Shown here: in pieces, positions 46,545 to 56,707 of the stretch | Position numbering within the stretch: the stretch's first letter is position 1 | How the letters are laid out: each line of letters starts with the position of its first letter | NCBI GenBank assembly: GCA_965221165.1 | Contig: CBDCRP010000003.1 | Coordinates: 640,001 to 704,000 of the forward strand | Length of the DNA: 64,000 bases | Direction: 5' to 3' | DNA from: a bacterium | GTDB lineage: Bacteria; UBA8248 | Notes under the pieces: model-generated | What the model was told of the DNA's origin: nothing | The model's database searches: none | What the model saw: the letters and a program-made list of their open reading frames with translations, nothing else | Position numbers and translations under genes: made by a program

Positions 46545-47813
46545 TTGTATGACGCGAAAAAGCACTTGTTCAGATTGATACCGCTCTTCACCATATTCGC
46601 CATCGGGATAAGCCTGTCCGGTTGTAGCGACGCTTTCCTCCCCAAGGTGAAACCGGGTTCCGTCAAAATTCTGAAAAACGCCATTGAAGTGGAATTCACC
46701 CAATTGACCCGTGAGTTCGACCAACTTGACCGAAAAGGCGACCTGGGGCTTTGCGACCCCGTGCTTTTCGGAGTGGCGCGGTTCGCCGTTTATCAAGCAG
46801 TCGAAGAGAAAAGAACCGCCACTATGGCGCAACTGACACGGTTCATCATGCGGGCGCGCGCAGCCATGAGGCGTGCGAAAGAAAAGATGCAGAAAAAACA
46901 ATGTGTCGACCAAGATGGCGATGGCCTTACCGACATCACGGAATATCGTAAATATAAAACGAAGCCCGACAATGCCGATACAGATGGAGATAAAGTTTCC
47001 GATGCCCTGGAAGTTCGCCGCTACAGGACCAACCCACTCAAAGCGGATACGGATGGTGATCTTCTTGACGATGGAGATGAAATAGCACGCGGCTTGAGTC
47101 CCCTCCTCGCCGATAGTGATGGGGATGGATTCATTGACGGGATAGAAATCGCCCATAGTTCGAATGCGCGCGACCCATGTTCTCAACCCCTGGATGCTCA
47201 ACGTCTGGACCGTCTCCGCGAATGCAGAGAGAAAAAGATTCACATCAGAAAAAATCGGGTTCAAATACCCCGAAAACAAACTCCAAAACCCGCACCTAAA
47301 GCAAAACAAAACCCAAAGAAAAAAAGAAGATTCAAGGCCCAAAAACCAAAAATGAGACCCTCCTCCAAGTCTGCCAAAAGATGGGCACAAAACATCAAAA
47401 AAGTGAATTTCAACAAGAAAAAACCGAAACCGACGACTAATCACAATGGTTCGCATCCTGAACAAAGGGTCCAGGCGACCCAAGCCCGCCAGGCGAATGT
47501 AGCTATTTCTTCAGGCCAGGAACCGCAAATTGAAATCACCCAGAAGAAAAAAAATACCCTCACCACAACGCGGGTACAAACGAATCAACGCTTAGCAAAG
47601 AAAGTAAATCACGAGGAGAAACAAACGAAGACAAACCACAAAGAATCACCGAATCACGCACCCGTCGCGGCTTCTTTCGTGGAAAACGCCGATAAAACAG
47701 AAAATCCCGCCACGACTCCCTCCAAAACCAAGTCTCCAAAGTCAAAGGAGAAAAAACCTTCTCCACATGCTCCTCAGACCTTTCCATCCGCGATTTTCTT
47801 GAGGTTATGGTAG
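46545..47813 (+). CDS. putative lipoprotein with Ca-binding DxDGDG repeats and Lys-rich tail
   Basis: LSGC lipobox; four D.DGD...D..E repeats; low-complexity basic C-terminus. Confidence 0.7.
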   Translation: MYDAKKHLFRLIPLFTIFAIGISLSGCSDAFLPKVKPGSVKILKNAIEVEFTQLTREFDQLDRKGDLGLCDPVLFGVARFAVYQAVEEKRTATMAQLTRFIMRARAAMRRAKEKMQKKQCVDQDGDGLTDITEYRKYKTKPDNADTDGDKVSDALEVRRYRTNPLKADTDGDLLDDGDEIARGLSPLLADSDGDGFIDGIEIAHSSNARDPCSQPLDAQRLDRLRECREKKIHIRKNRVQIPRKQTPKPAPKAKQNPKKKRRFKAQKPKMRPSSKSAKRWAQNIKKVNFNKKKPKPTTNHNGSHPEQRVQATQARQANVAISSGQEPQIEITQKKKNTLTTTRVQTNQRLAKKVNHEEKQTKTNHKESPNHAPVAASFVENADKTENPATTPSKTKSPKSKEKKPSPHAPQTFPSAIFLRLW

Positions 47814-47964
47814 AGTCATTCATGATGTCGCCGCATTTTCAGATGCGCCGGAGACTGCGCGACCATTTGATGAAGATCGACCCGTCTCAGATGCCAAAAA
47901 TCATCGCATGGCGATTTGAACCGTTTTCATCATCAGAACAACGAAGAGAATAGGAGAAAAGAAC

Positions 47965-49656
47965 ATGGCGGAGCAGAAGACAATGTTGAACCGATTTAGC
48001 CGGCGTATCACCCAGCCGCCTTCCCAGGCCGCTTCTCAGGCAATGCTCTATGGTGCGGGGCTGGATGAAATAGACATGAAAAATCCCCAGGTCGGCATCG
48101 CCAGCATGTGGTGGGAAGGAAATTCCTGCAATTTTCACCTCAATCGGCTCGCTGAATACATCAAACAAAGCGTGAATGCCGATAAAAAAATGGTCGGTCT
48201 TATTTTCAACACGATCGGGGTGAGTGATGGCATATCCATGGGCACGGAGGGCATGAAATACTCCTTGCAATCCCGAGACCTCATCGCCGATTCGATTGAA
48301 ACCGTCGTTGGCGCGCAATGGTACGACGCCCTGGTCACGCTTCCTGGATGCGACAAGAATATGCCCGGCTCCATCATCGCTATGGCGCGACTCGATCGGC
48401 CCAGCCTGATGGTCTATGGCGGCACCATCAGCCCCGGGTTCCTCAATGGGGACAAGCTGGATGTGGTTTCCGCCTTCCAGGCGTATGGAGAATATTTCTC
48501 CGATAAAATTGACGAAGAGCGCTTTCAGTCGGTTATCCGGCATGCCTGCCCGAGCGGCGGTGCTTGCGGGGGCATGTACACGGCGAACACGATGTCTTCA
48601 TCCATCGAAACGCTGGGCATGAGCCTGCCATACAGCGCATCGAATCCCGCTATGAGCGAGGACAAGAAAAACGAGTGTCTCGATGTGGGAAAAGCCATTT
48701 ATCATTTGCTCGAGAACGACATCAAGCCCAGTGACATCATAACAAGAGAAGCATTCGAGAATGCGATTACCATCATCATGGCGCTCGGTGGCTCCACCAA
48801 CGCCGTCATGCACTACATCGCCATCGCCAAGGCCGTCGGGGTCGAACTCACCATTGACGATTTTCAGGAAATCAGCGACAGAACACCTTACATCGCGGAT
48901 TTGAAACCCAGCGGAAAATTCGTCATGGAAGACTTGCACGATGTGGGTGGCGTGCCGGGCGTTCAAAAAATTTTACTGAAAGAAGGCCTGCTCCACGGTG
49001 ATTGCCTTACCGTCACGGGCAAGACGCTTGGCGAGAATATCGAAGCCTTACCCGATCTCCATGCAGGTCAAAAAATCATCGTGCCGCTTTCATCCCCCAT
49101 CAAGAAAACAGGACACCTCCAAATCCTCTACGGCAATCTCGCGAGCGAGGGCGCCGTCGCCAAGATCACGGGAAAAGAAGGGGAGCGTTTCGAGGGTCCC
49201 GCGCGTTGTTTCGACTCCGAAGAGGATGCCCTCAAAGGATTGGAAGAAAAGAAAATTCAAAAAGGGGATGTCGTCATTATTCGTTATGAAGGCCCCAAGG
49301 GCGGCCCCGGTATGCGGGAGATGCTCACGGTTACATCCGCTATCATGGGGGCCGGCCTCGGGAACGACCTGGCCCTCATCACGGACGGCAGATTCTCGGG
49401 CGGCACCCATGGTTTTGTTGTGGGGCACGTCACGCCCGAAGCACAAACCGGCGGCCTCCTCGCTCTCATTGAAGACGATGACACCGTTTTGATTGACGCC
49501 CAAAACCGCATCATGGAACTCAAGGTGCCCGAGGACGAGATAGAAAGGCGGCAAAAGAATTGGAGCGCGCCCCCGCTTAAATTCACCAAGGGTACGCTCT
49601 ACAAATATGCCAAATGCGTATCTTCCGCATCCGAGGGGTGCGTGACGGACGAATAA
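47965..49656 (+). CDS. ilvD: dihydroxy-acid dehydratase
   Basis: [39 protein letters not shown]. Confidence 0.97.
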   Translation: MAEQKTMLNRFSRRITQPPSQAASQAMLYGAGLDEIDMKNPQVGIASMWWEGNSCNFHLNRLAEYIKQSVNADKKMVGLIFNTIGVSDGISMGTEGMKYSLQSRDLIADSIETVVGAQWYDALVTLPGCDKNMPGSIIAMARLDRPSLMVYGGTISPGFLNGDKLDVVSAFQAYGEYFSDKIDEERFQSVIRHACPSGGACGGMYTANTMSSSIETLGMSLPYSASNPAMSEDKKNECLDVGKAIYHLLENDIKPSDIITREAFENAITIIMALGGSTNAVMHYIAIAKAVGVELTIDDFQEISDRTPYIADLKPSGKFVMEDLHDVGGVPGVQKILLKEGLLHGDCLTVTGKTLGENIEALPDLHAGQKIIVPLSSPIKKTGHLQILYGNLASEGAVAKITGKEGERFEGPARCFDSEEDALKGLEEKKIQKGDVVIIRYEGPKGGPGMREMLTVTSAIMGAGLGNDLALITDGRFSGGTHGFVVGHVTPEAQTGGLLALIEDDDTVLIDAQNRIMELKVPEDEIERRQKNWSAPPLKFTKGTLYKYAKCVSSASEGCVTDE

Positions 49657-49660
49657 CGAT

Positions 49661-49708
49661 TCATCATGAAAAAGGGGGAGCAAACAACTCCCCCCTTTTT
49701 CATGATGA
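49661..49708. terminator. bidirectional intrinsic terminator
   Basis: TCATCATGAAAAAGGGGGAG / CTCCCCCCTTTTTCATGATGA near-perfect inverted repeat between convergent genes. Confidence 0.85.
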
Positions 49709-49728
49709 CAATGCAAATCTAGAATATA

Positions 49729-50184
49729 TTATTTCTTTTTTCTTTGGTTGGCAAATTCTTCAAAATATCCCCCGATGGAGGAAGCCGCCCAGTCAAAACC
49801 AATCTCCTGGGCTTTTAGCAGCACTTCGTCTCCGCTCAGGTCTTCTTCTTCGGCCAAATGAACAAGCGAGCAAATCCCGGCTCGCCCCACACCTTTTCAG
49901 TGGACGAATACGGGGCCATCTTTTCTGGCCTCATGGAGCGCTTCATGGATTTCTTCCGATAACGCATCGTCCATATTCGAGGCGCTTACGGGAATATGGA
50001 CGAAATTCATCCCTAACTCTTCCGCCGCTTTTCTCTCCGCCTCGGGTGGTAGCTCAGGCTCTTCCTCATCGGCAAAACGCAAATTCACCAGGGTTTTTAT
50101 CCCCTTGTTCACCAGGGATGCCATATCCTTCCGACCCGGCTGGCTCCCGAACGCCAGGTTTTCAGTCAACTCAAAATAGTTCAT
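49729..50184 (-). CDS. DUF442/Blh-like PTP-fold (sulfurtransferase/phosphatase) protein, probable selenoprotein (HUKGVGR)
   Basis: G.QP, G.KT.VNLR...E, G....HIPV, GPVFVH then TGA at 49897-49899; frame continues 55 aa to TAA at 49729; SECIS-like hairpin. Confidence 0.82.
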
Positions 50185-50208
50185 GCCGTTTTTCCTTGTG
50201 TGATGGCC

Positions 50209-51051
50209 TTATCCCCGCTGCACCAGTTCCCGGCACCGAAGCAAGCAGGTTACTATTTCATTCTCCCCATCGCGCTTGTAAATTCCAAGCAAATTATTGA
50301 GCATTCTCTCCACGATACGCCGAGGAGGGGTTTCCTGTAAAAATCGCATGTCGAAATGATATCCCAGCCCCCTCACAATTGCAGCGCAATCGCCCACGCT
50401 CAAACGTTTCCCCCTATCGAAGGGGTCCAAAAATACAGGTTCCGCATCACCTTGGTATTTGACGATAAAATGCCCCGGCATCCCGACTCCGTGAAACGGA
50501 AGTCCCAATCGCCTGGCGAGAATCAAATACAAGGCGGAAAGTGATATGGGAATGCCCCGCCTGCGCTCCAACACACGATTCATAAAACTGTTCTGCGCAT
50601 CATAGTAATTATCCCGAGCGCCATCGAACTGAAGATCTCCGTGTAGATATTCCACGACTTCGGCGACAATCGCGTCGGCTGCACTCATACCCTCCAGGCG
50701 TTCACGCAAATGATTTTCCATTCTCAACAATTCGTCTTTTTTGATCTCCATGTCTTCGAGGGGGTGGCCGAAGGACGCCAACAAGAAACACGCATCTTCC
50801 AAATCCACATCTCTTATCGAAGAAAGAGACCAATCCGAAAAAGCGATTTCGATTTGCCCGTAATGGAAATCCCTAAGCGATGGCGGCAACATCACCCCCT
50901 TCGCTTGACGCTTTTTCAACATCCACAAGAGTCTCTTCTGTTCCTCAGTCGAGAATCCGGAAACCTGGCGGTCCAAAGCCGTCGTCACATTTGCCGAACC
51001 ATCACCCAGCAAATGACAAACGGCCTCTAGTTGAGAGTCGCTTAATGACAA
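50209..51051 (-). CDS. SirB1 / transglutaminase-like protein
   Basis: F.G....Y....NS....VL.RR.G.PISL, GV.MPGHF, DPF..G, RML.NL. Confidence 0.9.
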   Translation of the reverse strand: MSLSDSQLEAVCHLLGDGSANVTTALDRQVSGFSTEEQKRLLWMLKKRQAKGVMLPPSLRDFHYGQIEIAFSDWSLSSIRDVDLEDACFLLASFGHPLEDMEIKKDELLRMENHLRERLEGMSAADAIVAEVVEYLHGDLQFDGARDNYYDAQNSFMNRVLERRRGIPISLSALYLILARRLGLPFHGVGMPGHFIVKYQGDAEPVFLDPFDRGKRLSVGDCAAIVRGLGYHFDMRFLQETPPRRIVERMLNNLLGIYKRDGENEIVTCLLRCRELVQRG

Positions 51052-51156
51052 AATGGCACCCCTTGTTTCAGCGGTCGTCCTTCACTGGCCCTGCCCTCGG
51101 AGTATGGTATTATGATTCGAACATATCCACAATTTGCTATCGCCGGGAGGAGTCAC

Positions 51157-52782
51157 ATGCCCACTTACACCGATGTGGTGGCGGATGTTCTTCAAAACGC
51201 GGGCATTGAATTCGTTTTCGGGGTTCCGGGAAGTTTGAGTTCCGTCGAACTCATCGAAGCCGCCAGAAAGCGCGACATGCGCTACATCCTCTGTAGCAAC
51301 GAGAGCAGCGCAGCCGTGAAGGCGGGGACATATGGCATCATGACGGGACGGCCGGGGGTCGTGAGCACGGGGGTCGGCCCAGGGGCAGCCGCCGTCCTTC
51401 ATGGCGTGGCGAACAATTATCTCGAACGCGCCCCATGTCTCATTTTGACCGACCGCTTTTCCGATGAGCAGTTTCGCCGCCAAGGCCGACAAAGGCTCGA
51501 CCAGGATCGTCTGTTGCGCCCTATTACGAAAGGCACTTTCAAGCTCGCGAAAGACAACGCCGCGACAGCCATAAGACGCGCACTGGCTTTGGCCACAGAG
51601 GGAAGACCGGGCCCCGTGCATGTGGACCTCCCGTACGACGTCATGCTCGCGAGCGCCGAAGAAAGCGATTTCCCGCCCAGGGAGAAACCGCAAAAATATA
51701 TAGGGCGCATCGGGTCGGCCCACCCGGGCATCCGCGCAACCATCACCGCGATTTCAGAGTCGAAAAACCCGGCAGTGATAGCTGGCCTTCAGGTAAACAG
51801 ATCGGGACGAGAAGCGGAAGAAGAATTCATCTCTTTCGCCGAGAAACTCGGAGCCCCAGTATTCGCCGCACCGTCGGCGAAGGGTGTATTGCCGGAAAAT
51901 CACCCCCTCGCCATGGGAACCTTCAGAGGCGCGCCCTCCGAGCGGGAACTGATAGACAAATCAGACCTGTTCATTTTGGTGGGCTTCGACACGGTGGAAG
52001 TATTCGCCCCCGGGCATTGGAACTATCCCCAAAAAGTGATCAATCTGGATGAAGTGCCGCATCTCGATGATTTGATTCGGCCGGAAATAGAAGTGGTCGC
52101 CGATCTCGCCGATATCCTGAGAGAGTTGAGCGTCTCCGTCTCCGCCAACCATGCCTGGAACACCGAGGAGATGGATTCTTATAAAAAAATGAGACAATCC
52201 GCGTTATTTCCCACCGGAGAAGGATTGATGCCCGGCGCCGTCATTCGGATTGCCCGGGAATGTCTCCCCGACAACGGCATCATGACCGCCGATGCAGGAA
52301 GCCATAAAGTCCTGGCCAACGACATTTGGGAGACGAGACGTCCTTTGGGTTATCTGACCTCCAGCGGGCTGGGTTCGATGGCGGTCGCCATACCGGCTGC
52401 CATGGCCGCCAAATTAACGGAACCAGACGCGCCTGTTGTCTGCCTTACGGGGGATGGTGGTTTTCTCATGCGCATTGGCGACATGGAAGTCGCCGTTCGC
52501 GAAAATATCCCCTTCGTCGTCGTCGTATTTAACGACCGCTATCTGAATCTGATCAAAATCAAACAGGACAACCGATCTTTCCCGCGCTTTGGCACCGAGT
52601 TTCGTGATTCCGATTATTCATCCGTCTCGAAAGGATTGGGCTGTGAGGGCGAAAGAGTTTCCACAGGAGAGGAGTTGAAAGATGCGCTCAACCGGGCATT
52701 TTTGTCCGATAAACCCTGGGTGATAGACGCAGTCATCAATCCCGATGGCTATGTGGGTTCAAAAGATGTCCGCGCAGAATAA
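51157..52782 (+). CDS. thiamine pyrophosphate-dependent enzyme (acetolactate synthase-like)
   Basis: GGGAGG RBS; FG.PG, E..A, GPG, GDGG...N TPP-binding motif. Confidence 0.9.
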   Translation: MPTYTDVVADVLQNAGIEFVFGVPGSLSSVELIEAARKRDMRYILCSNESSAAVKAGTYGIMTGRPGVVSTGVGPGAAAVLHGVANNYLERAPCLILTDRFSDEQFRRQGRQRLDQDRLLRPITKGTFKLAKDNAATAIRRALALATEGRPGPVHVDLPYDVMLASAEESDFPPREKPQKYIGRIGSAHPGIRATITAISESKNPAVIAGLQVNRSGREAEEEFISFAEKLGAPVFAAPSAKGVLPENHPLAMGTFRGAPSERELIDKSDLFILVGFDTVEVFAPGHWNYPQKVINLDEVPHLDDLIRPEIEVVADLADILRELSVSVSANHAWNTEEMDSYKKMRQSALFPTGEGLMPGAVIRIARECLPDNGIMTADAGSHKVLANDIWETRRPLGYLTSSGLGSMAVAIPAAMAAKLTEPDAPVVCLTGDGGFLMRIGDMEVAVRENIPFVVVVFNDRYLNLIKIKQDNRSFPRFGTEFRDSDYSSVSKGLGCEGERVSTGEELKDALNRAFLSDKPWVIDAVINPDGYVGSKDVRAE

Positions 52783-52946
52783 TGAGAATTTTTTGCTTGA
52801 CACGAACCTCTCAACAAAGCATCTTATACGATATCTTGTGTAACCAGATGGGGAGAATTTAGATTTCCCTGTGAACAGACGTCCAGGCAGGGTCTGGGCA
52901 TGATATCCTCGACCCTATAAGGGGTCTCCGCGCGGGAGGATTGTAA

Positions 52947-53153
52947 GTGCCAGAGGGAACAGTAAAGTGGTTTAGCGACAAAAAGGGGTATGGTTTTATT
53001 TCTCGGGAAGATGGCGACGACATCTTCGTTCACTTTTCAGCGATCGTTGCAGATGGATTTAAATCACTGAAAGAAGGTGAAAAGGTTACATTCGAGGTCA
53101 CTCAAGGTCCCAAAGGACTTCAGGCTGCGAATGTAGCAAAACAAGAAGAGTAA
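52947..53153 (+). CDS. cspA: cold-shock protein
   Basis: GTVKWF...[17 protein letters not shown]. Confidence 0.95.
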   Translation: MPEGTVKWFSDKKGYGFISREDGDDIFVHFSAIVADGFKSLKEGEKVTFEVTQGPKGLQAANVAKQEE

Positions 53154-53191
53154 TTTCCCTCCCGCTATCGCATCTTATTATCGGGGGCAAG

Positions 53192-54547
53192 CTACGCGCC
53201 GGCCCTGATATGCTCCAGGACCGTCTCTGCGGCTTTGTCCCCGCTTCTCACCGCACCCTCTACGGTGGCCGGTAGACCTGTGCGCGTCCAATCTCCAGCC
53301 AAAAAGAAGCCCTCTACAGGCGTTCGGGTATCCATCCGGGAGCTTTGTTCGGCCACCCCATTCGCCCAGGTAGCCGCACGCTCTCGCACCATTACGATAT
53401 CTCGAATACGGTTACGGGGAATTATGCGGCTCAGGCAATCTCTTGCAGAAGATTCTATGGTCGACCGAGCCCTGGATGCGATGGAATCCTCGGCCCCGGC
53501 CAATAGACACACCAGATTTTCCCCCCTTTCTCCAACAACATCAGGGCGAAACAGCCAATCCCAGTCTTCATCCAAAATAGCTTCGAAACGAGGTCCCTCA
53601 TCCGGTTCTTCGAGCCAACAATATGCGCTGGCGATAGGCCCCGGGCATAGTTTCCCCAGATTCGAAAAGGGTGTTTGTCCATTGAGTTCCCGACCCAACA
53701 ATCTAGCCAGAACGTCAGGCGGCACGGCAGATATAACTGCGCCTGCTCGTAAAATCTCACGCTTTCTCACAAGCACACCGTTTATTTTTGAATTTTTGAC
53801 ATCAAAACCAAGCGCGGGCTCCTGAAGTCTCACCTCTCCGCCTAGACGCTGGATGCTTTGCGCCGCTCTATTCGCCCACAGCGTACTCAGAGCCTTCATC
53901 GGTACGCCCAGGGCAGCTCCTTTCGGGCCATGGGCGAAGGCTTCGCGGATCACCGCCTGGAACAACTCCGCACTTCCCTGCTCCAAAGGCAAATTTAATA
54001 CCGCGCGCGCAAACGGCTCCCAAAACCAACGCACCGCCTCATCCTTCTGGCCAAGGCGCTTAAGCATTTCACGCATGGATTCATTCGGGTGCTCATTATT
54101 CGATTTTGAAATGATCTTTGAAAGACCTTTCAGAAGACTCACTTTCTCCAAAAAGCCAGGCCCTCGCCACCTGAGCAAACCCCGGAGTTGCGCAAAAACC
54201 CCTCCACCCTCCGGAAACAACAATTTCGTCCGTCTGAATGAATCCATTTCGCGAATACGGTAGCTCACCTGCAAGGAAGGAGAGAAGAAAACATCATCTG
54301 CGGCGCCCACCCTTGCCAGCAGAGAGCGAAGCGCCGGATTCGCCGCCATAAACAAATGCGGACCCCAGTCCAACTCCAAACCCGTGGGTGCGTGCATGAA
54401 ACTACGCGCCCGGCCCCCGAGAAGCTTCCCCGCCTCGAGCACCACCACTCCGATGCCCGACTCGGCAAGGCGCAAGGCGGCGGACAGGCCTGCGGCGCCG
54501 GCTCCGACGATGATAACCGGCCGTTCGGGCCCGAGAGGTGCAGGCAT
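53192..54547 (-). CDS. hpnE: hydroxysqualene dehydroxylase (FAD-dependent)
   Basis: G.G.AGL.AA, GGRARS, D.G.H, LAGDWT.TGLPAT.EGAVRSG; adjacent to hpnCD. Confidence 0.88.
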   Translation of the reverse strand: MPAPLGPERPVIIVGAGAAGLSAALRLAESGIGVVVLEAGKLLGGRARSFMHAPTGLELDWGPHLFMAANPALRSLLARVGAADDVFFSPSLQVSYRIREMDSFRRTKLLFPEGGGVFAQLRGLLRWRGPGFLEKVSLLKGLSKIISKSNNEHPNESMREMLKRLGQKDEAVRWFWEPFARAVLNLPLEQGSAELFQAVIREAFAHGPKGAALGVPMKALSTLWANRAAQSIQRLGGEVRLQEPALGFDVKNSKINGVLVRKREILRAGAVISAVPPDVLARLLGRELNGQTPFSNLGKLCPGPIASAYCWLEEPDEGPRFEAILDEDWDWLFRPDVVGERGENLVCLLAGAEDSIASRARSTIESSARDCLSRIIPRNRIRDIVMVRERAATWANGVAEQSSRMDTRTPVEGFFLAGDWTRTGLPATVEGAVRSGDKAAETVLEHIRAGA

Positions 54548-56707
54548 TTATGATTCCAGAAAACAGCGGAGCGCTTCTTGTAGTTTTTCCCTGGACTTCA
54601 ATGAAGGCCGATAATTCATGTGCCGAAAATGATTCTCATCCATTTCACTTAGAAGCCTCCTGTAAATTCGGCCCATGATTCTGGCAGGAAGAAGGTTCTC
54701 TTTTTTCTCATGACGCAACGCCTCATTCGCCCGCTCGTAATATCCACGCGCCCGTTGCGCCAGAAGCCGAAGAAGACTCAAAACCTGAGAAGTATCTTTT
54801 TTGTCTCTCAGATCGGAGGCTGTTACACCATATTTTTCCATTTCGCTTTGCGGAATATAGAAACGGCCCTGTTCCGCATCCTCCCAAACATCTCTTAAAA
54901 TATTCGTCATCTGAAGCGCTCTTCCCAAACAAACGGCATAGTCTTTCGCAAATTCCGATTTCACGCCGAAGATGCCCAGGCACGCCAGCCCGACCGCAGA
55001 AGCCACCTTGTCGCAATAGTTTTCAAGCTCTGAGAAATCTTCGAATCGACTCTCCTCCAAATCCATCGCCACGCCGTCACAAATCGTCCGGAAATGCTCT
55101 GGCGGCAAGTCATATTTTCCCGCCGCCCACGCGAGTTCCCCAATTATCGGATGGGATGGACTCTCCTCGCACAAATGAGCCAGCGCCTCTTTCCATTCGC
55201 GCAACGAGTTTTTTTTGCCGGGTATCTCGCCCGGCTCATCGGCGATATCGTCGGCCATGCGGCAATACGCATAAACCGCTGTAATAGCGCGCCTTTTCTC
55301 CGCAGGCAGGCTGAAAAAAGACAGATAAAAATTCGACTTGCTCGCGCGAATAAACCAGCGGCAATATGCGCGGTTCAACTCTTCTTCCGCACGCCGATCC
55401 ACGCTGGATTCGAGTCGATAGACCGGACGAAACGCAGCGAGCAACGACCTGGCTTTATCCCAAGCATTCAAAATCGGAGAGCCTGAGCAAACGTTCCACT
55501 TCTCGTGGGAAATCGAGTCCAGTGCTGCAACGCCACCTCTCCAAATCGCACGAAGTTCACGACCCAATGCGCCGCGGGTCCGGTACAGGAGCGGCAAACC
55601 TCGTCTGAAGAGACGCTTCGTCCTTTTTATCTGAAAAACAAGAAACGCGCGCAGTTGAGGCGTCGCAACGTCCGCGATCAAATCAGCCTCGGATAAGGCG
55701 AATCTTTTCATTTCATCCTGAGGCATGTAGACGATGCCTCGTTCGGCATCTTCTTTTACATCTTGTAAATGATTCGCAATCTGCAAGGCCGTGCATATAG
55801 CATCCGAAGAACGGAGGGCTTCCTCATCACGTATCCCGTGCAACATGAGAACTATCCGCCCAACCGGGTTCGCCGATCGGCGGCAATAATCGAGCAAAGT
55901 TTCGTAGTCTGGATACCGGACAACCGTGACGTCTTGCCGGAATGCCGAGAGTAGATCCTGAAAAGGCTGCAAGGGCAAATCAAATTGCTGAATCGTGTGA
56001 GACAGCGCCATGAAAACGTCCGTTTCCGCGACTCCCTTCCGGGCCAACACGAGCTTTTCTTCCCATTCATCGAGGCGGGCGAGGCGCTCATGGGCGGGAC
56101 TGGTCGTATCCGCGATGTCATCAGCGCCTCTGGCGAACGCGTATACCGCGGCGACATGCGGCCTTATCTTCGCCGGCAGCAATTTCGAGGCGACGGGGAA
56201 ATTCTCGTAGTGGCCCGCTACGATTTTCATGCACACATCATAAGCGGCGCTTACATCATGCTCAGAAATGTTTTTTGTCTCTTTACCCAAATCTCGTATT
56301 TCCTCGCCCTTTATGAGAGATTCTATCAATCGCGCATCCGCAGGCAAGAAATCAAAATCCCCCAAAGAGGAAGGATGCACCCATTCATGCCTGCTCACCC
56401 CTAAATTCTTCGCCACCCCGCTTTCCCATTTACAACCATAAAAACGAAGGTGAACACTTCTATCGGGATAACGATGCCGGGTCTCCCAATGAAGACGACC
56501 AACGCGCACTTCGATCCCAAGTTCCTCGCAAATTTCCCGGTGTAAGGCATCCTGGGGATTTTCGCCACACTCTATTTTACCGCCCGGAAATTCCCAGAGA
56601 CCCGGCATGTGTCCGCCCGCCGGACGCCGGCAGATGAGAATACGCCCCTCATTCCAAATAATTCCGGCGACGACGCTTAGCTCTAGAGCAGGAGCTTCAT
56701 CTTTCAT
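54548..56707 (-). CDS. fusion of MutT-like NUDIX hydrolase, squalene synthase HpnC and presqualene diphosphate synthase HpnD
   Basis: NUDIX box GGKIECGENPQDALHREICEELGI; HYENFPVAS/DDIAD/SANPVGR (HpnC); SNFY/DDIAD/TNILRDV.ED (HpnD) in one 719-aa frame. Confidence 0.88.
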   Translation of the reverse strand: MKDEAPALELSVVAGIIWNEGRILICRRPAGGHMPGLWEFPGGKIECGENPQDALHREICEELGIEVRVGRLHWETRHRYPDRSVHLRFYGCKWESGVAKNLGVSRHEWVHPSSLGDFDFLPADARLIESLIKGEEIRDLGKETKNISEHDVSAAYDVCMKIVAGHYENFPVASKLLPAKIRPHVAAVYAFARGADDIADTTSPAHERLARLDEWEEKLVLARKGVAETDVFMALSHTIQQFDLPLQPFQDLLSAFRQDVTVVRYPDYETLLDYCRRSANPVGRIVLMLHGIRDEEALRSSDAICTALQIANHLQDVKEDAERGIVYMPQDEMKRFALSEADLIADVATPQLRAFLVFQIKRTKRLFRRGLPLLYRTRGALGRELRAIWRGGVAALDSISHEKWNVCSGSPILNAWDKARSLLAAFRPVYRLESSVDRRAEEELNRAYCRWFIRASKSNFYLSFFSLPAEKRRAITAVYAYCRMADDIADEPGEIPGKKNSLREWKEALAHLCEESPSHPIIGELAWAAGKYDLPPEHFRTICDGVAMDLEESRFEDFSELENYCDKVASAVGLACLGIFGVKSEFAKDYAVCLGRALQMTNILRDVWEDAEQGRFYIPQSEMEKYGVTASDLRDKKDTSQVLSLLRLLAQRARGYYERANEALRHEKKENLLPARIMGRIYRRLLSEMDENHFRHMNYRPSLKSREKLQEALRCFLES

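Noticed and set aside
46410-47483. N-terminal 360 aa of the 615-aa minus-strand ORF as a sirtuin fusion
   Set aside because: It is the antisense shadow of the plus-strand lipoprotein gene; sirtuin similarity starts near 46409
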